DNA from: Planctomycetota bacterium
GTDB lineage: Bacteria; Planctomycetota; UBA1135
Assembly: GCA_045047305.1 (NCBI GenBank)
Contig: JASFYO010000024.1
Coordinates: 1 to 39,387 of the forward strand
Length of the DNA stretch: 39,387 nt
Direction of reading: 5' to 3'
Shown here: positions 1 to 9,600 of the stretch, in pieces
Numbering within the stretch: position 1 is the stretch's first letter
Layout: each line of letters starts with the position of its first letter
Program-made: the position numbers and the translations under genes
Notes under the pieces: generated by a model
Seen by the model: only the letters and a program-made list of their open reading frames with translations
Told to the model about the DNA's origin: nothing
The model's database searches: none

Positions 1-333
1 CCTGGCGCATATAACGATCAGGCCATGTTTTCTTCTGATGAGTGGTTTCTCAAATTTGGAATACATGAAATCCTAATGCTCCCCTTCGGCCGGATGGAGT
101 TGACTAATCAGCTTTGGCGATTGCGGAAAAGCAGTCGGCCGGTAAGATCAAAATTTATGGTTGCTCTAGATGCGCAAGGAAAAGGCGCTCTCGTTCTTAA
201 TATTCTCCCTAATGCGATTGATCCCGGCCGCGTCGGCCGCGGCCTCAGTTTCGCGTTTATGTTGCCAGATCCATTGCTCCCACAATACCCAGATGGAATG
301 ACCGAAGCCGTCACGATTGAGGTATTGCCTTAA
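1..333 (+). CDS. 3' end (5'-truncated by window) of a probable secreted protein; C-terminal beta-rich domain, probably of the FG-GAP-protein family
   Basis: Frame 1 is open from base 1 (PGAYNDQAMFSS...) to TAA at 331-333. The C-terminus ALDAQGKGALVLNILP...TEAVTIEVLP is repeated in diverged form at 38382-38465, just upstream of an FG-GAP gene. Confidence 0.6.
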   Translation, partial: PGAYNDQAMFSSDEWFLKFGIHEILMLPFGRMELTNQLWRLRKSSRPVRSKFMVALDAQGKGALVLNILPNAIDPGRVGRGLSFAFMLPDPLLPQYPDGMTEAVTIEVLP

Positions 334-357
334 TCCTTTTTCACCCCAAACGATGCT

Positions 358-2709
358 TCAATAAAGCTCAATCTCTGCCAGTCCAATGCTGACGTTTTCT
401 CCCAGCCGATGATTGCTGAGAGAAAGCACCCGTAAGCGCACCCGGCTTATTTTTCGTGTGTGCTCAAACTCGAGGACGGCCTTTTGCTGGAGATCCCCGG
501 GAAGCGAAATCACTTTTGGCGGATCGTTGTCGAGTTGAATCTCAAGCAGGGTGATTTTTGGAGTGGGGGAGGATTCGCGCGGATCCACCGGCGCCAAAAC
601 CAACTTCAAGCTCTCGCATTTGCGCGGTCGTTTAAAGTGTACATCGACAAAAGGTGCGGCGTCGTCGGAGTCGCAGAGCCAGAAGGTTTCGGGGCGGCCG
701 TCGGTGAGGAACTTTGACGGATGTAACGGCAGTGAGCTGGAAGCGGTAACTCTAGGGCTTCCAGCAGGAGCTTTGTTGTATTCACCTTCGGTTACATAAG
801 CAAAACGCTCCGGCGTGGTGCCATCTTTCTGCTCAAACTCTAAGGTACGCGAGGAAAGAATGGTGCCATCTTGTTTTACGGCATCGGCGCGAATCGCCCA
901 ATTTCCGGGTTGCGTTAACGAGGGTTGAATCGCAAAACGACGTTCATGGAACTCTTCCACACGAATCCAATCGCCAGCTGGAGGTTTCATCCAATAGATC
1001 ACCCGCACAATGTCGTCGAAATCTTCGGTGGTGGAATCGATCCACAGGGAGACCGGCGGGCGCATGGATAGACGCATGTGCAGTTTCCCATCGGTGGGGT
1101 CAGTTTGCAGGAGGGCCGGATTGCCTTTGGTGACATTGGTGATGGCCTGTTTGCCGGTGGCGCGACGCAAAAACAAAAGCGCAAAACAGTCAGGCACCGG
1201 CTGCTCTATATCACCCCATCCGCCGCTGTCTTTTTGCAAATTCACTAGGAGCGAAGCACCTTCCCAGTACCACTGGTGTTCGCCAAAAGTTTCAGTTTCT
1301 GCCAAGCCACCGGCCCGTTCGAGACCGTAGACGTAATAAAAGTTCCAGTTATTGGGAATCCCATTTCCCAAGGTCCAGTTGGCTCCGAGCCAACCGATGC
1401 CAGCAAGAATCGAACGGTCTAGTTTGCGCAACAGGGAGCCATTGGCGGAGGCGATTAGGTGGTCGCGGCAAATTGCAAGCGTGCCAACGCCCGCAGCAGT
1501 CATGGAGGCAGTCACGCTAGAGCCTGTGCTTATGGAATATCCAAAGCCAGCCGGCGTTACTTGTTTGCCAGAGGTGACGGGTGCGGAGCTAAGGTTTCCA
1601 CTGGAGCAGGCCAAAGTGCCCTTTGCCAACTCTCGCCAAGTACGGTCGGGAATGCGGACTCCGTTCGCCGCTGCTGCACGTAATCCTAAAGCGGCGTATT
1701 GAGCATTCGATAAATCACCATGCCATCCACCCGTGTTTGAGCCATAACCCCATAAACCGTTACCCATTTGCCAATCAACTAAATCCCCGGCAAGCTTTTC
1801 GATGCGATCATCATCTTGAGGATCTCCACCTGCATGGAAGGCCATCAACTCCAATGCAATGGCATAGGTTTTATCCGCACGTTGCTGACGTAAATGCTCA
1901 AGCCCTTTGAGCACAGACTCATGTTGCGTGCTGACTCCGCTTTTGATTAAGGTGTACACAGCCAAAGCGCTTACGCCATTGGTGTATCCGCCGTGCATAG
2001 GCCAAGAGCCATCGATAGTCTGGCGATCCAACAAATATTGAACTCCTAAATCAATTGCACGATGTATACGAGGATTGTCAATCCTGCGCTTAGCCTGCAT
2101 CTCAAAACTCCAACCCTTGCCATGGTTTTCTACCTGCACTAGCAGGTGGTTTAGCCCCGGCATGACTTCCAGGTCGAGTTGGAAGCTCTCAGGATTAAAT
2201 TGGCGCGGACGCTTATGACTAAGGAGTGGTTTGCCGTTCCACCAAAGGTTAATAGTTCCCTCTCCACCGCATTGCACTGGGATCGTATTTTCTGCGTTAG
2301 CGAATACCGGCAGATATAGGTAGGCGGTTGCATCCTTGGCGTAGTCGGGGTCAGCAACGACCAAGGGGAGGAGCGAGGCAATTTCTAGCTTGCCGGTGTC
2401 CATCGATATACGTGACCTAGGGTTGCTTGATTTTGCGTCTTGCTCGAGCAGATACCCAGCAACATCTGGTTGGGTCCACGGAATGCTCATGCCTTCAGGA
2501 CCCTTGTGCATTTGTTGCAAGTTGGAATACGGGGTGCCAGCCTGAATCCTGCGCACCAAGACCGACGGGCTGTGGATCCCAGTTGCGGCATTTTTTGGGA
2601 GCGGACCAAGTAACCGCCATTCTCCAAGCTTTAAGGAGTCGATTTCTTGCTGGGCAGGCAGCGTTGCTTGCAACGCTACAAGGACCAAAATGGAAACAGC
2701 CAGGGTCAT
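358..2709 (-). CDS. Secreted prenyltransferase/squalene-oxidase-repeat (alpha/alpha toroid) protein with N-terminal PA14-like and C-terminal discoidin (F5/8C)-like domains
   Basis: Start moved to ATG 2709 (MTLAVSILVLVALQATLPAQQ signal peptide). QW-like motifs RQTIDGSW, WQMGNGLW, LQKDSGGW; DLSNAQYAALGL; YYVYGLERAG; LWWNGK...PGLNHLLVQV...GWSF; VTASS...LTDG...TFW. Confidence 0.75.
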   Translation of the reverse strand: MTLAVSILVLVALQATLPAQQEIDSLKLGEWRLLGPLPKNAATGIHSPSVLVRRIQAGTPYSNLQQMHKGPEGMSIPWTQPDVAGYLLEQDAKSSNPRSRISMDTGKLEIASLLPLVVADPDYAKDATAYLYLPVFANAENTIPVQCGGEGTINLWWNGKPLLSHKRPRQFNPESFQLDLEVMPGLNHLLVQVENHGKGWSFEMQAKRRIDNPRIHRAIDLGVQYLLDRQTIDGSWPMHGGYTNGVSALAVYTLIKSGVSTQHESVLKGLEHLRQQRADKTYAIALELMAFHAGGDPQDDDRIEKLAGDLVDWQMGNGLWGYGSNTGGWHGDLSNAQYAALGLRAAAANGVRIPDRTWRELAKGTLACSSGNLSSAPVTSGKQVTPAGFGYSISTGSSVTASMTAAGVGTLAICRDHLIASANGSLLRKLDRSILAGIGWLGANWTLGNGIPNNWNFYYVYGLERAGGLAETETFGEHQWYWEGASLLVNLQKDSGGWGDIEQPVPDCFALLFLRRATGKQAITNVTKGNPALLQTDPTDGKLHMRLSMRPPVSLWIDSTTEDFDDIVRVIYWMKPPAGDWIRVEEFHERRFAIQPSLTQPGNWAIRADAVKQDGTILSSRTLEFEQKDGTTPERFAYVTEGEYNKAPAGSPRVTASSSLPLHPSKFLTDGRPETFWLCDSDDAAPFVDVHFKRPRKCESLKLVLAPVDPRESSPTPKITLLEIQLDNDPPKVISLPGDLQQKAVLEFEHTRKISRVRLRVLSLSNHRLGENVSIGLAEIELY

Positions 2710-2779
2710 GGTTACTTCTAGGTTAACCGCGCGTATGAGGTAACTTGGTTCCATCGTGGTCACTTCCCCACCCCTCTCC

Positions 2780-5700
2780 GTGAAACGTTTGTTGAGTAGC
2801 CTTGCTTTCGTCTTGATCATTACGAATGCAAGCTTTGCCCAGCAAGATCCGGAAGGCGCAGAAGAGCATGTAAGCCTTCGTTATGGGCGCGAGGCTCGTG
2901 CGCAAGGGGATTTCACTGCTGCCTATGAGCATTTTCTGTTTGGCCTTGCGCGGGCATCCGATTCCTTTTCCGTGGTGCAAATGCTTTTGGAGAATGCTGC
3001 CTTGGCTGAAAATGCAGATGCACAAGCATTGTGGGCCCATGAGTTGTATGCCTATGGCGCAGACGCACGGGGTCGCTTGAACCTGAAGAAGAATCAGCAA
3101 AAGTGGATGCTTAAGGATGATCCTTGGCCAGCTGAGCTTGCGGGATTACGGGCTTCTGCGGTGCAAGAGTTGGTGAAGTTCCGCGATCGGCACGCCAATG
3201 GCCGCGGTGCCGGTGATCCGTTTTTGGCAGAATGGGCAGAAGATTTGGCGCGCAGCTTGGCATTGTCCTCTCCTGCTTTGCAAGAAAAGTATGCCGCGAA
3301 CCTTACGCCCACGATTGAGGTCTCCAAAGCGGTGCAACGTCGTGTTTTAAAGGCGCTTGGAAATACGATGCGCAAGGGATTTGCGGAGAGCAAAAACGAA
3401 TGGATTATTCGCGCTGCCCGTTGCTTACGTGGGCTTGGGGCGCAGTCTAACTTTCCTGACCTGGAAGGACCGGAGCCCCTAAAAATGAGTTCCGAGTTGG
3501 CTGCGGCAAACGCTTCGCTGGGACGCGCACGTGCGAGTTTGGAAGTTGAAAAGGAAGTTCTCACGATCGAAAACCTCGAAGACTTCGATGAGGAGATGCA
3601 ACGTGCTTTCACTTTGGATCATGCATCCTTTGCCGATCCTGGTGTCGCGTTTTCGAAAAACAAGCGTTACCGAGTGGAAACATCATGTGGTTATTGGACC
3701 TTATTGGGCGTGGCTTCCACCGTGGAAGAACACCATGAACGATTGGCTGCATGGTATGGGGAGGATCCATTTCTTCAGCAACAGGGAACCATGCGGATGG
3801 TTCCGGAGTCTCATGGCTTAGAAATGGAGGGGGCAGGTTTTTGGTGGGTAGGCGGCTTCCAAGGCGGAGACATCACCACAATTTCATTTACCTTGAGCAC
3901 CATTCCTGGTGTTGGGCGGACCATTACTCACGAACTAACCCATCGCTTTGATGGAAAAATCTTTGGTGGTTTACCGGCGTGGCTTGCCGAAGGCCGGGCG
4001 GTTTGGACTGGCGCTAGTTATGGTGCGATGAGCGACCGAGAATTTGTGGATGACTATGTCAACTTTGGAACCATGTTCAGCGTCTCGCAAAAGGGATATG
4101 GTGGCAGCGAAAAATTGTCGGAACTGGTCGACGGCACGATTGAGGAGTATCGGGACAACTATTCTGCGGGCTATGCCTTATTCGTTTACTTACGCAGTTG
4201 GACTGGTTTTGAAGATGGTGAGACTAAGATTTTCCGGGCGCAGTTAGAGGCATATCAAAGGGATAAGAAGCGCTCGAGAAGCGGAGGCCTTGCTGGCTTC
4301 GTGCGCTATTTTTGCGATGGCAAGGAAGGGCGACCAAGCAGCTTCGATGCATTCACCAAAGACTACAACCGTTTCCTAAAGGGGTTCTATTGGAAGGACA
4401 TGCAGCCGTGGACAGCCCGCTATGACCCAGGTGCGCCGCAAGGTGAGCCTGCGCAACGAGTGATGGATGAACCGACAGCAACCTGGCTGCGTAATCGCGC
4501 AGAGCCGTGGTTCGGCCAAGACCAGGCGCGTATGGCTGCCGAGGTCTTGGTGGAATCTGGCGCCGATCGTGAGGCCCTAGCCGCCTATCAATGGGCGCTT
4601 GCCGTGGATGAACCTTCCGATGCGGTACTTGATGAAATCGCACAAGCCTTAGAGCGGGTGGATGAAAAGGAAGCCGCTTGGGCGATACGGCATTGGCATC
4701 GTTTTGATTCCCCTCGCCGCAATTATCTCGCCGCCGTGGAGGCAAAGGCTGCTCCGTTTTTAGGTAAGTTGTCGAAGACTAAGAAACTGGTTGAGGCGAT
4801 GGCGCAAGCGTCGGAGTTTTATGCGGAGGGTGACCTTCTGGTTGCAGCAGCAGTGATGGCGGCGGATCATGATTGCTTGGCGCAGTCACTTGGCCTTGCG
4901 CAATCTCGGGTATTGTTCCCGGTCGATCGCGCCAAAGAAGTTTTGCATCCAGTGCATCGTCCTGGGCATCAGTTAGGCACAGCTGGCTGGATGGAGGATG
5001 GCCTGACCGGTCACGAAGACAATCGAGTGGAAGGCCTTTGGTTTATAGACCGTCAAGGTGACCTGCATGTCGGGCGCAAGCAAGCGCGTAGTGGAACCGA
5101 CACCATGGATCGACAATCTCAGCAGCGCGATGCATTCGTACTATCACGTGAATGGCAAGACCCTGGGCGCTATCGATTGCGCACTAAGATTGAGCAAACC
5201 ACCGCCTACTTTCATGGCGGCGTGGTCCTCGGCTGGACCCGGCGCGACCGCAATATTCGCTTCGATTTCGCGGGTGGAGATGCTCAATACGCCTCTGGAG
5301 AAAGCGAAGACCGCACTTCCTCCCATGGCTTTCATTGGACCCTAGATGGATTGTATACGCGTCAACCCCGGGTTTCGGGGAATGTCGGGTTTGATCGAGA
5401 GAAGCGCACATGGGATTTAGAATTGCGTGTGGACGGACCTACCGTGGAGGTCTTCGTCAACGCTAGTTTGGTCGGACGGATGACAACTTTGGACGCGCGG
5501 CCGATTCAGGGCTACATCGGTTTTTATACCTCGACGGGCGCGATTCGGGTGGTAACGCCAAAAATTGAACGTCGGGATCGGGAGGTCTATCTCTCCACTG
5601 CGACGGCGCTAGGCATGGGGCTTCATCCAACGCAACATGGAAAGACCAACATTCGTGATTTGCTCGGGAGGCCGGTCACCGGCTTACCTCTCGCAGGACC

Positions 5701-6166
5701 AGGAACCGCACTGGTTTGGTTCCCCGAAGAATCCGCCAAGCATCTTGCTGAGTTGGAGGAAGGGGAGTGGGTGCAGGAAATCCAGAAAACGCTCGACCTC
5801 TTCTTGGAGCAATGGATGATTGAGGATCCAAGTCAGGGTGTGACCGTGGTGTGGCCGCAATCCATCCCGCAAGCCACACGTGACAAAATGCAACAGCGCT
5901 ATGAGAAGGGGGAGGTGGAGGACATCACCATGCCGCGTGGCGGGATCTTCTTTGCAACTCACCCTGGACGCGCGGACCTCATGGAAAGTGGCATGACTGT
6001 GGGTGGATGGAAACGTCCGATCATCATGTTTGCCGACCCCGCCGGCATTCTTCAATTTGCTCGACGCCTCTCCCGCACCCGCTCCGGCTTGCATCGCGAC
6101 CTTCTGCGCCAACTGTTGGAGTTTCAGGATCACTCACGACCCGGTCAAGCCGGTTCCGACGACTAG
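2780..6166 (+). CDS. Large secreted multidomain protein with a gluzincin-type metallopeptidase motif (peptidase MA-like), helical/TPR-like segments and a ConA/DUF1080-like domain
   Basis: Likely GTG start at 2780 (signal peptide KRLLSSLAFVLIITNASFA). HELTH-x15-E (PAWLAEGRA). Beta-rich segment GGVVLGW...LELRVDGPTVEVFVN...GYIGFY. Confidence 0.7.
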   Translation: MKRLLSSLAFVLIITNASFAQQDPEGAEEHVSLRYGREARAQGDFTAAYEHFLFGLARASDSFSVVQMLLENAALAENADAQALWAHELYAYGADARGRLNLKKNQQKWMLKDDPWPAELAGLRASAVQELVKFRDRHANGRGAGDPFLAEWAEDLARSLALSSPALQEKYAANLTPTIEVSKAVQRRVLKALGNTMRKGFAESKNEWIIRAARCLRGLGAQSNFPDLEGPEPLKMSSELAAANASLGRARASLEVEKEVLTIENLEDFDEEMQRAFTLDHASFADPGVAFSKNKRYRVETSCGYWTLLGVASTVEEHHERLAAWYGEDPFLQQQGTMRMVPESHGLEMEGAGFWWVGGFQGGDITTISFTLSTIPGVGRTITHELTHRFDGKIFGGLPAWLAEGRAVWTGASYGAMSDREFVDDYVNFGTMFSVSQKGYGGSEKLSELVDGTIEEYRDNYSAGYALFVYLRSWTGFEDGETKIFRAQLEAYQRDKKRSRSGGLAGFVRYFCDGKEGRPSSFDAFTKDYNRFLKGFYWKDMQPWTARYDPGAPQGEPAQRVMDEPTATWLRNRAEPWFGQDQARMAAEVLVESGADREALAAYQWALAVDEPSDAVLDEIAQALERVDEKEAAWAIRHWHRFDSPRRNYLAAVEAKAAPFLGKLSKTKKLVEAMAQASEFYAEGDLLVAAAVMAADHDCLAQSLGLAQSRVLFPVDRAKEVLHPVHRPGHQLGTAGWMEDGLTGHEDNRVEGLWFIDRQGDLHVGRKQARSGTDTMDRQSQQRDAFVLSREWQDPGRYRLRTKIEQTTAYFHGGVVLGWTRRDRNIRFDFAGGDAQYASGESEDRTSSHGFHWTLDGLYTRQPRVSGNVGFDREKRTWDLELRVDGPTVEVFVNASLVGRMTTLDARPIQGYIGFYTSTGAIRVVTPKIERRDREVYLSTATALGMGLHPTQHGKTNIRDLLGRPVTGLPLAGPGTALVWFPEESAKHLAELEEGEWVQEIQKTLDLFLEQWMIEDPSQGVTVVWPQSIPQATRDKMQQRYEKGEVEDITMPRGGIFFATHPGRADLMESGMTVGGWKRPIIMFADPAGILQFARRLSRTRSGLHRDLLRQLLEFQDHSRPGQAGSDD

Positions 6167-6183
6167 GCGAACTCAGAGTTTCC

Positions 6184-8478
6184 CTAGTCGCGCTGCAGTT
6201 CGACTTGAGAAAAACCAACCGCGGCATTGCCAAGCTCACCGCCTTCAATTTCGGTGATGACAATTTTGAGGTAGTTCACTTTGATTGCTTTTGGAAACTC
6301 GATGACTGTCTTGCGCGCAGGTGAGGTTTCCACCTTGTACATAGTTGGATTCTTGTCTTTGTTCAGCCATAACTCAATTTGCGCGACGTGCGGATGCGCA
6401 GTTTGCTCTGATTTTCGGGTATGCGCTTGAGAAAGTAATAGGCGGTGGACTTTGGCTTTTTTGCGCAAAGAAATCTCTACAGTAGGGCGGGTATCGGTGA
6501 TGGCGCACTCCCAGTAGGAGTACCAATAGTTATCCACCAATAGGCCGCCATGGTTCCCACCGTTTTGACTGGAGACAGTGACTTTTGGACGATATGCGGG
6601 CACCAGATTGCGCGCGGAATCGCTTGCGTACTGGATGTCTTGAGCGCGAATACCAGTTTCGTATTCCAGCGAAAGGACTTCGCTTTCCCAAAGCTTGCCA
6701 TTGTCGCTTTCGGCCTTCACCTGGAAATGCCAAAGGCCAGGAGTCTCGGCACGGAAGCGATGTCCAAAGCGATTGCCCTCGCCCGCTCCAAGTGGCTGCC
6801 AATCTTCTTCATCGCGGCGCGCAAAATAGTGCGCTCCAAGCAAAGTGATTCCCTTGGGTGGAATAGTCCACAGCACAATGGGATCGCCTTCGAGTGCATG
6901 CAAAACTAAAAAGTTTTTATCGGGTTTGGTGGCGTGGTGACGATTGGTGCCATTACGGTTGCCACCAGTCGTCGCTGAGCGTGCGGTTGCTCGTTTGAGG
7001 AATAGAAGCGAAAAGCTAGTAGCGATGTCCTCTTGCCCCCAAGGGGTATTCCACTGGCCATCGGCCTTCTGATCCTCGACTAAAAAGCTGGAACCCTCGG
7101 CATACCAATTGTGGCTACCCATCATTTCGATGTCGAGCAAAGCCCCCACGCGTTCCACTCCGTAAAGCCAGTAATAGTAGTAGGCACGATCGGTACGGCC
7201 AGGGTTGTGCCCCAAAGAAAATTGGTGACCTAGCCATTCCATGCCTTCCGTAATCGCAGTATCGACTTTCACTAAGTCGGTGCGTTTCATGCGATCGCCG
7301 AGCTGATCGCGGCAAATGGCAAGTACTGCAACCCCGGCCGATGTCATCGTGCCCGACCATCCAGTTGGGTGCCCAGGGTAATAGGTAAAGGGTGAACCGA
7401 TTCGGTTTTTGTTGCGCCCGTTCCTTTGCTGGGAGATCAAGGCTCCATTTATGGCAGAAGCCCAAACCTTACGCGGAATTTCCACACCCCGTTGTGCAGC
7501 GGCGCGCAGGCCGAGTACCGCAAATTGGGTGCAGGACAAATCCCAATGCCCTGCGGGGTAGGCCCATTGTCCATTGTTCTCTTGCCAGGAGATGAGGTCT
7601 TCCGCACGCTCTTCCATCCACGGTAAAACATTCGGGTCATCCAATGCTGCCAAGGCCATGAGCTCGCAACCGGCAGAATATGTGCGGTCCGATGGCTCGG
7701 TGCGCAGGTATTCCAGACCGCGCAAAATGGCAGGGTGACGTGGATCCACTCCCGAACTTAGCAAGGCATAAATCACCAAAGCCGTGGCGCCATTGCGGTA
7801 AACAGTTTGTACATTCTGCCACGAGCCATCTAAAAGTTGGCGTCCGATTAAGTACTTCACTCCTCGATCGACGGCGAGGTTGATGGCATCTTGGTTCTCA
7901 AAGCGCGGCGATTGCATTTCAAAAGCCCATGCCCCGCCACTTTGTACCACCTTCACCAGCAGATGATTGATTCCAGGTTGCAGGGAGAGCGTGACATTTT
8001 CCTGATAGGCATTGCTTGCACGAGTCTCTGTGCTTTCGGAAACCAAAACCCCGTTGAGCCACATGCGCTGGCCATCGTCACTACCAAAGAAAATGGTTTG
8101 CTCGGTGGCGATGTCGGTTCGGATTGGGCAATAAAGATAGGCCGCTTGCTTGGGTGCACTTTCACCAGTAAGTGCAACGAGATCAAAACGTCCGCTATCA
8201 AAAGGTTCTTCGCCACGCGGATTGCTTGCAGTAGCAGGCTTCCATAGCTTCATTCTTCCCGACTGCTCCACTCCGTGTTCGGCGGGATTCCACTCCTTGC
8301 CTGCGGCCATCTGTTCCAGAAAACGCTCCGGAGGATGTGGAAGGCTTAAGTCCTCTGCGCTTTGGTGGGCAAAGGGACCCATAAATACCCAATCACCGAG
8401 CTCAACTTTTGCGCTTGGTTCTTGCGTAAAAAAAGGCGCGGAAATGAGGGTTAGGGCAAGGGAGGGAATCAGGAACAC
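6184..8478 (-). CDS. Secreted prenyltransferase/squalene-oxidase-repeat protein, paralogue of 358-2709
   Basis: Same architecture as 358-2709: GSDDGQRMWLNG...PGINHLLVKV; RQLLDGSW, WQENNGQW, DQKADGQW; DLSCTQFAVLGL; YYYWLYGVERVG; discoidin-like C-terminus ending GFSQVEL. Confidence 0.75.
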   Translation of the reverse strand: MFLIPSLALTLISAPFFTQEPSAKVELGDWVFMGPFAHQSAEDLSLPHPPERFLEQMAAGKEWNPAEHGVEQSGRMKLWKPATASNPRGEEPFDSGRFDLVALTGESAPKQAAYLYCPIRTDIATEQTIFFGSDDGQRMWLNGVLVSESTETRASNAYQENVTLSLQPGINHLLVKVVQSGGAWAFEMQSPRFENQDAINLAVDRGVKYLIGRQLLDGSWQNVQTVYRNGATALVIYALLSSGVDPRHPAILRGLEYLRTEPSDRTYSAGCELMALAALDDPNVLPWMEERAEDLISWQENNGQWAYPAGHWDLSCTQFAVLGLRAAAQRGVEIPRKVWASAINGALISQQRNGRNKNRIGSPFTYYPGHPTGWSGTMTSAGVAVLAICRDQLGDRMKRTDLVKVDTAITEGMEWLGHQFSLGHNPGRTDRAYYYYWLYGVERVGALLDIEMMGSHNWYAEGSSFLVEDQKADGQWNTPWGQEDIATSFSLLFLKRATARSATTGGNRNGTNRHHATKPDKNFLVLHALEGDPIVLWTIPPKGITLLGAHYFARRDEEDWQPLGAGEGNRFGHRFRAETPGLWHFQVKAESDNGKLWESEVLSLEYETGIRAQDIQYASDSARNLVPAYRPKVTVSSQNGGNHGGLLVDNYWYSYWECAITDTRPTVEISLRKKAKVHRLLLSQAHTRKSEQTAHPHVAQIELWLNKDKNPTMYKVETSPARKTVIEFPKAIKVNYLKIVITEIEGGELGNAAVGFSQVELQRD

Positions 8479-8550
8479 CGCCGCCAGCCTAGCACTGACG
8501 ACGGCGATTCACGATTCCGCGTATAAAGGCGGCGCCTTTGCGCCACGGGA

Positions 8551-9534
8551 TTACTGCACCTGAGTTGCGAGGCTCTGCCCCAAAGTGAGGGTACCTGGGT
8601 CGTATATCTGTAGCCAAACCGGGGAGCCAGCGAGTCCTAGAGGAACGATAAAGGTCAACGAGGCATCGCCTTGAGCGTCGGCGAGAATGGCGAAGGTGGT
8701 GACCGGCGGAGTGAGGTCGACCAAGCCAATCGGTGACATCCATGGCCCACCGCCGATGAGGCTGCGTCCGGTGAATGCGATTTGGTTTGGGGTGAGATTG
8801 CCCGCACTCATGGTGGCGCTTTGTCCAGCGATGAGCGGAGTGATGCTCAAGGTCGGCCCAGCGTTTACATCTTCCACTACCGCTCGAATAAACAGGTTGC
8901 GCGCTTCGGCGGCAAAGGAGCCAGAGGAATCGTTGCAATCTGCACTAATCGAAGAGTGTCCAGCCGAGGGCACACTGTAGACAATGGTGAATCCAGAATC
9001 GCCGGCACAAGGATTGGAAGGGCGGAGCTCAATGGAAAAGTCCGAGCTCCCGACCTGAATGCCGAGGCTGCTTACATCGATCACTTGCCAGTTGGCGGTG
9101 TCGAGGACTGCTGTGAGGTTCAGCATCGTGCCGATGACTAAGCCACTGGTATTGCGCACGAGGAGATCGAAGTTCTTGCTGGCACCCCATTGAGTCGAAG
9201 CGACATAGCGCACTTCTAATAGCTGGCCAGTAGCACTGCCTACTGGAGTAAAACGAACCGAATGCGCCCAGTAACTCCAGCCTGGAATGATGTCGGCATG
9301 CTGTAGATTGCGCGAAGTGCCGGCGTAATCCCCATCGTCATAAAAAAGCTCCGTGCTGTTTGGAGGCAGCGCCGGAGAAAACACGATGGAACGTGTGAGT
9401 TGGCCAGTTTCAACGGTGGTGATGCCGTCGGAAGTGAACTGTTGCGCGCCCAGCGAGGAGCCGAGGAGAGCAAGGCCGAGGCTCAGAAGCGCGATACGGG
9501 GTGTAGCGCGGGGCAACAGATGGGGGATGGCCAT
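8551..9534 (-). CDS. Secreted hypothetical protein (YDDG-motif beta domain plus ~100-aa C-terminal beta-rich domain)
   Basis: Signal peptide RIALLSLGLALLGSSLGA; ELFYDDG...SVRFTP; C-terminal ADAQGDASLTFIVP...VWLQ. Confidence 0.65.
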   Translation of the reverse strand: MAIPHLLPRATPRIALLSLGLALLGSSLGAQQFTSDGITTVETGQLTRSIVFSPALPPNSTELFYDDGDYAGTSRNLQHADIIPGWSYWAHSVRFTPVGSATGQLLEVRYVASTQWGASKNFDLLVRNTSGLVIGTMLNLTAVLDTANWQVIDVSSLGIQVGSSDFSIELRPSNPCAGDSGFTIVYSVPSAGHSSISADCNDSSGSFAAEARNLFIRAVVEDVNAGPTLSITPLIAGQSATMSAGNLTPNQIAFTGRSLIGGGPWMSPIGLVDLTPPVTTFAILADAQGDASLTFIVPLGLAGSPVWLQIYDPGTLTLGQSLATQVQ

Positions 9535-9600
9535 GGAAGAAAGCTACCATGCAAATCCCCCGTCGTCGGGAAAACCTTTGCGGGATTGGGTTTCCGCGGT

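Noticed and set aside
250..333. Repeat pair 250-333 / 38382-38465 as a diversity-generating retroelement VR/TR
   Set aside because: Mismatches are not adenine-specific in either copy and are mostly synonymous third-position changes; there is no reverse transcriptase in the window.
358..8478. Calling the QW-repeat proteins squalene-hopene cyclases or alpha-2-macroglobulins
   Set aside because: They have no DxDD catalytic motif, apparently one barrel only, signal peptides, and no CxEQ thioester motif.
8525..8540. Hairpin AAAGGC-ggc-GCCTTT as an intrinsic terminator
   Set aside because: The stem is short with a 3-nt loop and no convincing U-tract beyond the stem; too weak to report.
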